NCBI GenBank assembly: GCA_963664435.2
Contig: CAXXKM010000003.1
Span: forward strand, 1,600,001-1,664,000
Length of the DNA: 64,000 nucleotides
Direction: 5' to 3'
Origin: Longimicrobiales bacterium
GTDB taxonomy: Bacteria; Gemmatimonadota; Gemmatimonadetes; Longimicrobiales; Gaopeijiaceae
In this document: piece by piece, positions 28,570 through 38,410 of the stretch
Layout of the letters: every line of letters begins with the position of its first letter
Position numbering within the stretch: position 1 is the stretch's first letter
Made by a program: the position numbers and the translations under genes
Notes under the pieces: model-generated
Told to the model about the DNA's origin: nothing
Database searches by the model: none
Seen by the model: only the letters and a program-made list of their open reading frames with translations

Positions 28570-30822
28570 ATGCGCGACCTGTTGCAGGCGGCGGTGACCA
28601 CGGTGGCTCTGGCCGGCTTCCTGCCGGGATGCGCCGCGGCGCTCGCGCCCCAGCAGGCCGACCTCTCCAGCCTCTGTTCCGCGGGAGCCCGCGGCGCCCG
28701 GCTGGCCGGCGGCGCTGCCTCGCCCGTGGGACAGACGCCCACGGATCTCTTCTGCTTCGACCTGCACGCTACCTCCGCCGCGCGGGAGGCGTGGGGCGTG
28801 ATGGAACTGGGCAGGGTGCCCGGCCCCTTCGGGGTGACCGTGACCGCAGAGGGACGTCACGTCCACAACCTGACCGCATGGCTCCGCGGGCTTCCGGACC
28901 CGGCAGACCTCGGCCCCTACGAGTCGTACGTCGCCTGGGCCACCACGCCCACGCTGGATCCGGTGATCCGCCTCGGACCGGTGGGCAACGGTCGCAATCG
29001 CCTCGGCCGCATCTCCTTCAACAAGTTCCTGATCCTGATCACCGCGGAGACCTCCGCCGACGCCACGGAGCGCGAGGGGCGCCTGGTGATGCGCGGCCGC
29101 TCCCCCAGCAGCCTGATGGAGGCCCACGACCTGCTGGCCCAGGCTCCCGAGGCACTCCGCGCTCCGGCTGGAATGTCCCATGACCACGCCGGCGCCACGG
29201 ACGGATCCGGTTGGAGCCTGCCCCCCATGTACCCCGGCCTGCCGATGCTGCCGGGCATCATGGCGCTCCGCCCGCGGGTGGACGCCTACCTGCCCGAAGC
29301 TCCGGCGCCGGAGGACCTCCCGCCGGTCCGGCCGCGCCAGCTGGTGCGGCTGGGCGACGGCGGCACACTCGACCTCGAGGCCGGTTTCGTCCGCCGCGAC
29401 ATCGGCGGCCGCGCGGTGGTCATGCTGGCCTTCAACGGGCAGCAGCCGGGCCCTCTCCTCCAGGTGCCCGAGAGCGCGACCATCTTCGTCAACTTCACCA
29501 ACCGCACCCCGCTGCCGACGGCCATCCACTGGCACGGCATCCGCCTTGACAACCGCTTCGACGGCGTGCCGGGAGTCACCCAGGACCCGGTTCAGCCCGG
29601 CGAGACCTTCCGCTACCAGATCCATTTCCCGGACGCCGGCATCTACTGGTACCACCCCCATCACCGCGAGGACATCCAGCAGGAGCTGGGCCTCTACGGA
29701 AACCTGCTGGTTGACTCGCCGCGCCCCGACTACTACGGCCCGGCGAACCAGGAAGAGGTGCTGATGCTGGACGACCTCCTGCTGGGAGAGGACGGCGTCG
29801 TGCCCTTCGGCGACAGCTCGAGCAACTACGCGCTCATGGGTCGCTTCGGGAACATCCTGCTGATCAACGGCGAGCCGGATTACACGCTGCGCGCCCGCCG
29901 GGGCGAGGTTGTGCGCTTCTTCCTCACCAACGTGTCCAACACCCGCACCTTCAACCTGTCGTTCTCACGGGCGGATCAGGCCGACGTGGCCGGCCTCGAC
30001 GCTCCGGTTCGCACCCTGCCCGTCAAGGTGGTGGCCTCCGACGTGGGCAGGTTCGAACGGGAGGTGATGGCCGAGAGCGTCGTCATCTCCCCGGCCGAGC
30101 GCTACGTCGTCGAGGTGCGCTTCGACGAGGCCGGCGAGTTCGTGCTCTCCAACCGGGTGCAGGCCATCAGTCACCGCGAAGGCGTCTTCTTCAGCGAGTC
30201 GCGGGTGATGGGCAGGGTCGTCGTCGACCCCGAGCCCACCCCGCTCGATCACGCGCACGCCTTCGCGACCATGCGCGAGAACGCGGATGTCACGCGGGAC
30301 ATCGACGCCTACCGCGAGCACTTCGACCGCCCCGTCGACCATTCGCTCGACCTCACCCTCGAAGTCGAGGACCTGCCGCGCCCCGTCGAGCAGTCGATGC
30401 TCTACGACTGGGCATACTTCAACCCGGTGGAGTGGAGCGGCACGATGCCGGTCATGAACTGGGCGAGCGACGGCGGCCAGGCGCGCTGGATCCTGCGCGA
30501 TCCCGGGAGCGGACGCGAGAACATGGATATCCGCTGGCGCTTCCGCGTGGGAGACGTGGTCAGGATCCGGCTGCACAACGACCGCAATGCCTTCCACGCC
30601 ATGCAGCACCCGCTCCACATCCACGGCCAGCGCTTCCTGGTGCTCTCGCAGAACGGCGTCCCGAACGACAACCTCGTGTGGAAGGACACCGTGCTGCTAC
30701 CGACCGGCTCAACCACCGACATCCTGCTCGAGCTCTCCAACCCCGGGCGCTGGATGGTGCACTGCCACATCGCGGAGCACCTCGAGACGGGGATGAAGTT
30801 CGTCTTCGAGGTCGAGCCGTGA
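28570..30822 (+). CDS. Multicopper oxidase MCO2 lipoprotein with fused N-terminal accessory domain
   Basis: Lipobox LPGC; HWHG, WYHPH, HPLHIHG, HCHIAEHLETGM. Confidence 0.95.
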   Translation: MRDLLQAAVTTVALAGFLPGCAAALAPQQADLSSLCSAGARGARLAGGAASPVGQTPTDLFCFDLHATSAAREAWGVMELGRVPGPFGVTVTAEGRHVHNLTAWLRGLPDPADLGPYESYVAWATTPTLDPVIRLGPVGNGRNRLGRISFNKFLILITAETSADATEREGRLVMRGRSPSSLMEAHDLLAQAPEALRAPAGMSHDHAGATDGSGWSLPPMYPGLPMLPGIMALRPRVDAYLPEAPAPEDLPPVRPRQLVRLGDGGTLDLEAGFVRRDIGGRAVVMLAFNGQQPGPLLQVPESATIFVNFTNRTPLPTAIHWHGIRLDNRFDGVPGVTQDPVQPGETFRYQIHFPDAGIYWYHPHHREDIQQELGLYGNLLVDSPRPDYYGPANQEEVLMLDDLLLGEDGVVPFGDSSSNYALMGRFGNILLINGEPDYTLRARRGEVVRFFLTNVSNTRTFNLSFSRADQADVAGLDAPVRTLPVKVVASDVGRFEREVMAESVVISPAERYVVEVRFDEAGEFVLSNRVQAISHREGVFFSESRVMGRVVVDPEPTPLDHAHAFATMRENADVTRDIDAYREHFDRPVDHSLDLTLEVEDLPRPVEQSMLYDWAYFNPVEWSGTMPVMNWASDGGQARWILRDPGSGRENMDIRWRFRVGDVVRIRLHNDRNAFHAMQHPLHIHGQRFLVLSQNGVPNDNLVWKDTVLLPTGSTTDILLELSNPGRWMVHCHIAEHLETGMKFVFEVEP

Positions 30823-30957
30823 TCCCCGGGCCGGGGGCCTCGTTTCGCGCCAGCGCCGACCCTGCGCCGCCGCCATTCCGAACACCTGCCATTGTGCGGA
30901 GGCTGCCAGCCCCGCCTTTTTGATCCTCTGGAACGACATCATGTGGGAGGAGGACCC

Positions 30958-32463
30958 ATGAGAGATCCACACGAGCGGCATGTCCCATTCGCGAACACGC
31001 TTCTGCCCGTCGCCCTCGTGGCGCTGGCCGCGGCGTGCGAGGCGCCCGCACAGCAGGAGCCGGAAGCACCGGCGCCGGAATCCCCCGCAGCCCAACCGGC
31101 AGCGGATGTCGCCGGGCAGTTCCCCGACCTGGTCGCCGTGGACGCCGATCCGGTCGCGCTCACGGGAGTGAAGCTGATCGACGGCACCGGGGAGCCGGCG
31201 CGCGACGGGCAGACCGTGGTGATCGCGGACGGACGCGTCGCGGCGGTCGGGAACGACGGGGAGGTCGAGGTGCCCGACGGCGCGGAGGTTCTCGACCTGT
31301 CCGGGCACACGGTGATGCCCGCGCTCATCGGTCTGCACAACCACAGCTTCTACACGGCGGCCGGCGGCCGGTCGGCCCAGCTCTCCTTCAGCGCGCCCCG
31401 CCTTTACCTGGCCTCCGGACTGACCACCATCCGCACCACGGGTGCCCGCTCGCCCTACGAGGAGATCAATCTTCGTGACGAAATCGACGCCGGGCTTGCC
31501 GTCGGACCGACCATCTTCGTGACCGGACCCTACCTGACCGGGCAGCAGGGGAGCCGGACCATGGCGCAGCTGGACGGGCCGGAGTCGGCGCGTCGGGTGG
31601 TGCGCTACTGGTCGGAGGAGGGCGTGAGCTGGTTCAAGGCGTACACCTGGATCAGCAGGGCCGAGTTGGGCGCGGCGATCGAGGAAGCCCACGCCCACGG
31701 CATAAACGTCACTGCGCATCTTTGCTCAGTGGGTTACAGAGAGGCGGTGGCGCTCGGGATCGACAATCTGGAGCACGGCCTCTTCGCCAACAGCGAATAC
31801 GATCCCTCCAAGCAGCCGGACGAGTGTCCGCCCGGGTTCCGCAACACCTATGGGGACCTGGACGTCAACGGTCCGGAGGTGCAGCAGACCTTCCGCGACA
31901 TGGTCGACAACGATGTGTCGATGACCTCGACGCTCGCGGTCTACGAGATCTCCGTTCCGGGCCGCGGCCCTCTCGATCCGCGGGTCTGGGAGGTACTGGC
32001 GCCCGAGGTGGCCGCCGACGTCCGGGCGCAGTTCGACCGGATCCGCGCCGCCGATCCCGGGTCCGGGATGGGCCTCTCCCCGGAGCTGCTGCGGGTGGCG
32101 ATGGACTACGAGTACGCCTTCGTGCAGGCGGGAGGCCTGCTGGCGGCGGGCGTCGATCCGACCGGCTACGGCGCGGCGCCTCCGGGGTTGGGCGACCAGC
32201 GCAACTTCGAACTGCTGCTGGAGGCCGGCTTCACCGCACCCGAGGTGGTGGAGATCATGAGCGCGAACGGCGCCCGCGTGCTGGAGATCTACGACGACGT
32301 GGGAAGCGTCGAGCCCGGCAAGCGCGCGGATCTCGTGGTCGTGGAGGGCGATGTGGAAGCGGACGGGCACATCCGCAACACGAGCATCGTCTTCCGGCAC
32401 GGCATCGGCTGGGACAGCGATGCGCTCATTGAATCGGTGCGAGGCCTGATAGGGGTCCGCTGA
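30958..32463 (+). CDS. Amidohydrolase family lipoprotein
   Basis: SD GGAGGAGG; AAAC; GLHNH, FKAY, AHL, EHG, GVD, GSVEPGKRADLV. Confidence 0.9.
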   Translation: MRDPHERHVPFANTLLPVALVALAAACEAPAQQEPEAPAPESPAAQPAADVAGQFPDLVAVDADPVALTGVKLIDGTGEPARDGQTVVIADGRVAAVGNDGEVEVPDGAEVLDLSGHTVMPALIGLHNHSFYTAAGGRSAQLSFSAPRLYLASGLTTIRTTGARSPYEEINLRDEIDAGLAVGPTIFVTGPYLTGQQGSRTMAQLDGPESARRVVRYWSEEGVSWFKAYTWISRAELGAAIEEAHAHGINVTAHLCSVGYREAVALGIDNLEHGLFANSEYDPSKQPDECPPGFRNTYGDLDVNGPEVQQTFRDMVDNDVSMTSTLAVYEISVPGRGPLDPRVWEVLAPEVAADVRAQFDRIRAADPGSGMGLSPELLRVAMDYEYAFVQAGGLLAAGVDPTGYGAAPPGLGDQRNFELLLEAGFTAPEVVEIMSANGARVLEIYDDVGSVEPGKRADLVVVEGDVEADGHIRNTSIVFRHGIGWDSDALIESVRGLIGVR

Positions 32464-32485
32464 CACACCCGAAACCCATGGAGGC

Positions 32486-33607
32486 ATGCCCGTGAAGCTC
32501 GACCGATTCGAGATGGAGCGCTGGCAGTCCGTCTTCGAGCACCGCGTTCGCTACAACCTTTCCGAGAGCGGCGTGGACCCGCTCTCGCTGGACGAACTGC
32601 TCGAATTCACCGGCATGGAGAACCTGGGAGCGTCGAGCCTGGGGTACGGGCAGTCGAACGGATCGGACGAGTTGCGGAAGCGCATCGCCGCCCTCTACGA
32701 CAACGTCGCGCCCGACGAGGTGGTGGTCACCACGGGGGGCGCGGAGGCCAACATGGCCGCCTGCTGGCAGCTCATGGAGCCGGGCGCCCCCGCCGCCGTC
32801 ATGGTCCCGAACTACATGCAGGTGCCCGGGCTGGTGCGCAACTTCGGCGGGCTGGTGCGCCCCTTCGAACTGCTTGAAGAGACCGGCTGGCAACCCGACC
32901 TCGACCAGTTGCGCGCCATCCTCGACGACGACGTGCGCTTCATCCTGATCACCAACCCCAACAACCCGACCGGCGCGTGCCTCACCCCCGAGTCGCGGCG
33001 GGGCATCGTCGAAGCCGCCGAACGGGCGGGCGCCTGGATCCTCTGCGACGAGGTCTACCAGGGCGCGGAAATCTCCGGCGTCACCACGCCCTCCATGTGG
33101 GGCGAGTACGAGCGCACCATCGTGACCAACTCGCTCTCCAAGGCGTACGGGATGCCCGGGCTGCGCATCGGCTGGATCGTCGCCCCGGCCGACATCACCG
33201 AGACCCTGTGGGCGCGCACCGACTTCACCACCATCACCCCCGCGACCCTGTCGGACGTCCTGGCGACCGCCACCCTCGCGCCGGAAGCCCGCGCCCGCAT
33301 CCTGGCGCGCACCCGCGCCATCCTGCGGCGCAACCTGCCGCTGGTAACCGAGTGGATGGAGTCGTACAACGGCCTCTTCCGCTACCACCCCCCCGACGCG
33401 GGCGCCATCTGCTACGTCCGCTACGACGCCCCCGTCAACTCGAGCGAGCTGGCCGAGAAGCTGCGTGCCGACAAGTCCGTGCTGGTGGTGCCCGGCGACC
33501 ACTTCGGCATGGACCACTACCTGCGCCTGGGCTTCGGCCCGCCCGCGCACGAGCTGCAGGAAGCGCTGCAGAAGATGGGGGACGCGTTCGCGGAGGTGGC
33601 AGGGTAG
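32486..33607 (+). CDS. PLP-dependent aminotransferase class I/II
   Basis: NPNNPTG, DEVY, SLSKAYGMPGLRIGW. Confidence 0.93.
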   Translation: MPVKLDRFEMERWQSVFEHRVRYNLSESGVDPLSLDELLEFTGMENLGASSLGYGQSNGSDELRKRIAALYDNVAPDEVVVTTGGAEANMAACWQLMEPGAPAAVMVPNYMQVPGLVRNFGGLVRPFELLEETGWQPDLDQLRAILDDDVRFILITNPNNPTGACLTPESRRGIVEAAERAGAWILCDEVYQGAEISGVTTPSMWGEYERTIVTNSLSKAYGMPGLRIGWIVAPADITETLWARTDFTTITPATLSDVLATATLAPEARARILARTRAILRRNLPLVTEWMESYNGLFRYHPPDAGAICYVRYDAPVNSSELAEKLRADKSVLVVPGDHFGMDHYLRLGFGPPAHELQEALQKMGDAFAEVAG

Positions 33608-33618
33608 CACGGCCACAC

Positions 33619-34737
33619 ATGCCCGACGCCAGCTCCCCCTCCGGCCGCCTCCTCTCCCTGGACGCGTTCCGGGGCCTGACCATCGCGGCAATGGTGCTGG
33701 TCAACAACCCGGGAAGCTGGGCCTACGTGTATGCGCCGCTCGCCCACGCCGAGTGGCACGGCTGGACCCCCACGGACCTCATCTTCCCGTACTTCCTGTT
33801 CATCGTCGGCGTCGCGATCCCGTTCTCCTTCCGGCGCCGCCTTGCGCAAGGAGCCGCGCGGCCGGGGCTGTTCCGGCACGTGGCCCGCCGTTCGCTGATC
33901 CTGATCGCGATCGGTCTCGCCATGCGCGCGATCCCGGATTTCGACTTCGGCGAGATGCGCCTGTACGGCGTCCTCCAGCGCATCGGCCTCGTGTACTTCG
34001 CGGCGGCCGGGCTGTACCTGTGGACTTCCGCCCGCGGGAGGGCGGCCGCGACAGCCGCGCTCCTCCTGGGCTACTGGGCCGTGCTGATGCTCGTGCCGGT
34101 CCCCGGGTCCGCACCGGGCGACCTCTCGCCGGACGGCAACCTGGCCGCCCATATCGACCGCATCCTCATGCCCGGACGGCTGTGGTCGGGCACCTGGGAC
34201 CCGGAAGGGCTGCTCTCGACCTTCCCCGCCATCGCCACCTGCCTCCTCGGCATCTTCTGCGGGGAACGGCTCCGATGCGGACGCCCCGGCCGCCAACTCG
34301 CCGGGGAGATGTGGATTGCGGGCGCGGCGATGGTCGCGCTGGGTCTCGCCTGGGACGTCGTCTTCCCCATCAACAAGAACCTGTGGACCAGCTCCTACGT
34401 GGTCTTCACCGCCGGAACCGCGCTCCTCGTGCTGGGCACGATGTACTGGATCCTCGACGTCGCAAGGTGGCGGGGGGCGTGGAGCGCGCCGCTGGCGGCC
34501 TGCGGCATGAACTCCATCGCCATCTTCGTCGCGTCCGGCATGGCCGCCAAGACGATGGCCCGGCTACCCGCGCCCGGCACCGACGCCTCATCCCTCTACG
34601 ACTGGATCTTCCGCAACGGGTTCCAGTCCTGGGCGGGCGACTACAATGGCTCGCTCGCCCTTGCCCTCGCGCAGGTTGCGTTCTGGCTCACCGTGGCCTG
34701 GCTGCTGCACCGGCGCCGGATCTACATCAGGATCTGA
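33619..34737 (+). CDS. HGSNAT/NagX-like membrane acyltransferase (DUF5009/DUF1624)
   Basis: RLLSLDAFRG, HAEWHG.TPTDLIFPYFLF, GVLQRI, DPEG, PINKNLWTSSY. Confidence 0.9.
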   Translation: MPDASSPSGRLLSLDAFRGLTIAAMVLVNNPGSWAYVYAPLAHAEWHGWTPTDLIFPYFLFIVGVAIPFSFRRRLAQGAARPGLFRHVARRSLILIAIGLAMRAIPDFDFGEMRLYGVLQRIGLVYFAAAGLYLWTSARGRAAATAALLLGYWAVLMLVPVPGSAPGDLSPDGNLAAHIDRILMPGRLWSGTWDPEGLLSTFPAIATCLLGIFCGERLRCGRPGRQLAGEMWIAGAAMVALGLAWDVVFPINKNLWTSSYVVFTAGTALLVLGTMYWILDVARWRGAWSAPLAACGMNSIAIFVASGMAAKTMARLPAPGTDASSLYDWIFRNGFQSWAGDYNGSLALALAQVAFWLTVAWLLHRRRIYIRI

Positions 34738-34789
34738 GGTTGCGGTAGAGGGTCCGGAATCGCGGATGGCCACCCCGCCCGCGCTCGCA

Positions 34790-35215
34790 TCACGCACCAT
34801 GCTCCCAGGGGTCGAGGACGCGGATGCCGGCTCCATCGAAGTCCCGGACATTCCTCGTCGCTACCGACGCGCGCATGGAACGGGCGACCGCCGCGATCTG
34901 ACAATCGATCTGGGAGATCGGGCGGCCCGCATTGCGGCGCTCCGCGGCGATGCTTGCGCAGGCGCGCGCGGCTTCACGGCCAAACGGCAGCACGCGGTCC
35001 TCGAACAGCTCCCCGAAGGCGCGATCGGCAGCTTCGAGGAGCCCCCTGCGGCGCTTCCCCCGAGGAAGGAAGGCGATGCCCGCTCGAACCTCTGCCTCCG
35101 TCACTGAAGTAACGAAGAGATCGCGGGGCGGGCGGGCGTTCAACCAGGCGACGACGGCGGGTTCGGGGCTGGGACGCATGAGTTCAGAGACGACGTTCGT
35201 ATCGAGAATCACCAT
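34790..35215 (-). CDS. vapC: PIN-domain toxin (VapC/FitB-like)
   Basis: ILDTNVVSE, TEAE, IDCQIAA, ATRNVRDF. Confidence 0.93.
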   Translation of the reverse strand: MVILDTNVVSELMRPSPEPAVVAWLNARPPRDLFVTSVTEAEVRAGIAFLPRGKRRRGLLEAADRAFGELFEDRVLPFGREAARACASIAAERRNAGRPISQIDCQIAAVARSMRASVATRNVRDFDGAGIRVLDPWEHGA

Positions 35216-35228
35216 CGCTGCGGCGGTC

Positions 35229-35474
35229 TCAGTCGAATCGAGGCGGCTCGCGCATCGGCTCGCGTGGCGGGACACCCAGGTCCGCGCCACCCAGTGGCGC
35301 AAACAGTTCCACGAGCGCGCTGCCCAACCCATTCGCCGGTGACGGCGAGCGAGCGACCGCTCTGCCCAGGATGATGCGTGCTTCCGCCTCCATCGAACGT
35401 CCGTTCTCGGCCGCCCTTACCCGAAGTCGTGTCTTCACTCCTTCCTCCAGATTCCGGATGGTAATGCTCGCCAC
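35229..35474 (-). CDS. FitA-like ribbon-helix-helix antitoxin
   Basis: ASITIRNLEEGVKTRLRVRAAENGRSMEAEARIIL. Confidence 0.9.
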   Translation of the reverse strand: MASITIRNLEEGVKTRLRVRAAENGRSMEAEARIILGRAVARSPSPANGLGSALVELFAPLGGADLGVPPREPMREPPRFD

Positions 35475-35552
35475 GGGTGCCTCGCCCAATTACCGGTAGG
35501 TGCCTTGATTCACTGCGGATGGATGACCTGATGTAACGAAGCTTTTCGCTCA

Positions 35553-35587
35553 AGGTATAGAGTGATTGCGTTGATTGCAATGCAATC
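35553..35587 (-). promoter_or_regulatory. TA promoter overlapped by a palindromic operator
   Basis: TTGCAA-N17-TACCTT; palindrome GATTGCA-A-TGCAATC at 35573-35587 plus an extra GATTGC half-site. Confidence 0.6.
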
Positions 35588-35603
35588 CCCAAACCCCAAG
35601 CCC

Positions 35604-37523
35604 TCAGACCTCCTCCAGCTTCTCCTCCAGCAGCTGATAGGCGATGGGCAGGAAGTCGCGCTCGCTGATGATTCCGATCAGCTTGCCGTTCTTTTCCACC
35701 GGGAGGGCGGAGACGCGCTTCTCGCGCATGATCCCGATCGCTTCCAGGGTCGATGTCTCGGGTTCCACGGTGACCACGTCGGAGGCCATGATGGTCCGGA
35801 TCGGATCGGACTCCGTAGTGCCCGGGGCTCCGGACGCGGCGACCATGCGCAGGATCGCCCGGTACGACACCAGGCCCACCAGCGTGTGGTCGTCGTTCTC
35901 CACCAGCACGTGGCGGATGTTCTGCTTGTCCATCAGGAAGGCGGCCAGCTCGATGGGCTCGTCCTCGTGCACGGTGAAGAGGTCGGTCACCATGTACTGC
36001 TCGACCTTCAGGTAGTTGTAGCGCCAACCGCCCGCCTCCCAGATCTCGGCCGGCTCCCAGGTGTGCGCGGGACGCGGATCCCGCTGGCGATGGGCCATGC
36101 CGGAGGTGAGCGCGGTCATGCGCTCGGCAACCGATCCTTTCCCCGTCATGCTGCGCAGAGACTTCAGCTGCCACGTCGCACCCGTCATGCCGGACTCGAC
36201 GCGACCCTGGACAATGCCCAGATAGTGGTCGATCTCGGTCTGCTCGATCCCGAGTTCCTCGAGCCCGCTCCGCGACAGTGGAAGCAGTTCGCCGAGCAGG
36301 AGATCGCGGGCGCTCACGGCCTCTCCGGCGAGCCAGTGGAAACCCGCATCCAGGCCCCTGCGGCTCGCGGCCACGAAGTTGGACTTGGCGTAGTCGAAGT
36401 CGACCCGGCTGGCGACGTCCCCGTATTCCCGGGCGCCCCCGAGCACCAGACCGATCCAGAAGGCCGAGTTGGCCACCTCGTCCATGATCGTCGGACCGGA
36501 GGGCAGCACTCGACACTCGATGCGCAGGTGCGGCTTGCCCTCGCTGATCCCGTAGCAGGGGCGATTCCAGCGGTACACCGTGCCGTTGTGCAGCTGCAGC
36601 GCGGGGAGCCGGGGCACGCCGCCCCGCGCAAGCACCTCGAAGGGATCCTCCGTCACCTCTCCGGTGAGGAGCACGCGGAAGCGGGCGATGTCGTCCTCGA
36701 AGAGCTCGGTCACCGACTTGTTGATCCAGCGCTCGCCGAAGCGCACGCGCGTGCTGGTCTGACGCAGGTGGGGCGTCGCGCTGCGCGTGTCCATCGACTG
36801 CTCGAAGAGCGCGATGCGGGTCTCGTTCCAGAGGCGCTTGCCGAAGAGAAGCGGGGAATTGACGCACGCCGCCAGTACGGGCGGGGTCACCAGCTGGGCC
36901 ACGTTGTAGAAGCTCGGGAACTCCTCCGCGGAAACCTGAAGATGCACCTGGTAGCTGGTGTTGCACGCCTCCACCATCACCGAGTCGTGCTCGACGAAGA
37001 TCTCGTCGGTCCCCTCGATGCGCAGCCGGTACGACGATCCGCCGCGGATACGGTTGAGCGCATCGTTGAGGGCGTAGTAGCGGGGCATGGGCGTGATGCT
37101 GTCCATGGACAGGTCGGACTTGCCCAGGGTAGGCAGGATGCCGCACAGCACGACGTCCGCCCCCTGCCGTTGCGCGGCGGCGCGCGCCTGTGCGATGCGC
37201 TCCTCGATCTCGACCTCCATGGCCGAGAAGCAGCGGCCGGTGAGCAGCTTGGGCTGGAGGTTGGCCTCCAGGTTGAAGAGCGCCAGCTCGGTGGTGAACG
37301 TGTCCGCCGGAAGATGCTCGAGCACGTCGAGCGCGACGGTGGCCGGGCGCCAGCCCTGGTCCACCAGGAAGAACTCCTGCTCCACGCCGAAGCGGCGCAC
37401 CCCGGACTCGATCATGCCCTGGGAGAGCATTCTCTCGAGGGCCTTGAGGTCCCTCAGAATCGCCTTGGTGAAGGCGCGGATCTCCGCCGAGTCCCGTCCT
37501 GTGTCTGCATCCAGGCGTCCCAT
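35604..37523 (-). CDS. Glutamate-cysteine ligase family 2 (GCS2) protein with C-terminal CBS pair
   Basis: FGVEQEFFLVD, TELALFNLE, SYQVHLQ, YRWNR, RIECR; CBS motifs IRHVLV, LVGLVS, IGIISERD. Confidence 0.9.
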   Translation of the reverse strand: MGRLDADTGRDSAEIRAFTKAILRDLKALERMLSQGMIESGVRRFGVEQEFFLVDQGWRPATVALDVLEHLPADTFTTELALFNLEANLQPKLLTGRCFSAMEVEIEERIAQARAAAQRQGADVVLCGILPTLGKSDLSMDSITPMPRYYALNDALNRIRGGSSYRLRIEGTDEIFVEHDSVMVEACNTSYQVHLQVSAEEFPSFYNVAQLVTPPVLAACVNSPLLFGKRLWNETRIALFEQSMDTRSATPHLRQTSTRVRFGERWINKSVTELFEDDIARFRVLLTGEVTEDPFEVLARGGVPRLPALQLHNGTVYRWNRPCYGISEGKPHLRIECRVLPSGPTIMDEVANSAFWIGLVLGGAREYGDVASRVDFDYAKSNFVAASRRGLDAGFHWLAGEAVSARDLLLGELLPLSRSGLEELGIEQTEIDHYLGIVQGRVESGMTGATWQLKSLRSMTGKGSVAERMTALTSGMAHRQRDPRPAHTWEPAEIWEAGGWRYNYLKVEQYMVTDLFTVHEDEPIELAAFLMDKQNIRHVLVENDDHTLVGLVSYRAILRMVAASGAPGTTESDPIRTIMASDVVTVEPETSTLEAIGIMREKRVSALPVEKNGKLIGIISERDFLPIAYQLLEEKLEEV

Positions 37524-37741
37524 TGTGCCTCGTCCGGTTGGGCGGGTGGAACCGTTGACGGGCGTCCGCGCCGGGCGGGCGCCCATGGGCGGAGTTTATC
37601 CAAGACCGTCCTGCAAAGCGAGTGGCCGGACCACCGACCTGCCACGCGGCTTCGTTCAGCCGAACCCGAGCCTTTGCCGGAGGCCGGGACAGGTGTGGCC
37701 GAGCCCCCGCCGGGGTCGGTCGCCGCCTGGTGGTTCGTTCG

Positions 37742-38410
37742 CTACCCGCTGAAGGTCGCGATCTCCCGGAGGGGCTTCTTGTCGATGACGGGCACCCTGG
37801 CGTCGTCCGCCGGATACCCTGCCACCAGCAGCAGGAACGGGCGCTCGTTCTTCGGCCGGCCCAGGATGCGGTTCAGGAAGCCCATGGGGCTGGGCGTGTG
37901 GGTGAGCGAGGCCAGTCCGGCGTGGTGGAGGGCCGTGATGAGCAGGCCCGTGGCGATGCCGACCGACTCGGTGACGTAGTAGTTCTTGCGGCGGGTGCCG
38001 TCGGGCAGCAGCGCGTAGCTCTCGGCAAAGATCACGATCAGGTAGGGCGCGACCTCCAGGAAGGGCTTGTGCTCGTCGGTGCCCAGGGGTGCGAGCGCCC
38101 GCAGCCAGTCCTCCGGCGCCCGTTCCCGGTAGAAGGCCCGCTCCTCCTCTTCCGCGGCCTCGCGGATATGCTTCTTCACCTCGGGGTCGCTCACCACGAC
38201 GAAATGCCAGGGCTGGTGGTTGGCGCCGTTGGGGGCGGAACCGGCGGCCAGCAGGCAATCCTCGATGATCCCGCGCGGCACGGGGCGCGGCGAGAAGTCG
38301 CGCACGGTGCGCCGGCGGCGGATCTCCTCCCGGAAGGCGCGTGCACGGGCGCGCATCTCCCGGACGGGGTACTCCCGATAGTCTTCCAGCGCCATCAGCC
38401 TGACGCTCAT
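37742..38410 (-). CDS. Iodotyrosine deiodinase-like flavoprotein (nitroreductase superfamily)
   Basis: [18 protein letters not shown], lid [10 protein letters not shown]...[33 protein letters not shown]. Confidence 0.88.
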   Translation of the reverse strand: MSVRLMALEDYREYPVREMRARARAFREEIRRRRTVRDFSPRPVPRGIIEDCLLAAGSAPNGANHQPWHFVVVSDPEVKKHIREAAEEEERAFYRERAPEDWLRALAPLGTDEHKPFLEVAPYLIVIFAESYALLPDGTRRKNYYVTESVGIATGLLITALHHAGLASLTHTPSPMGFLNRILGRPKNERPFLLLVAGYPADDARVPVIDKKPLREIATFSG

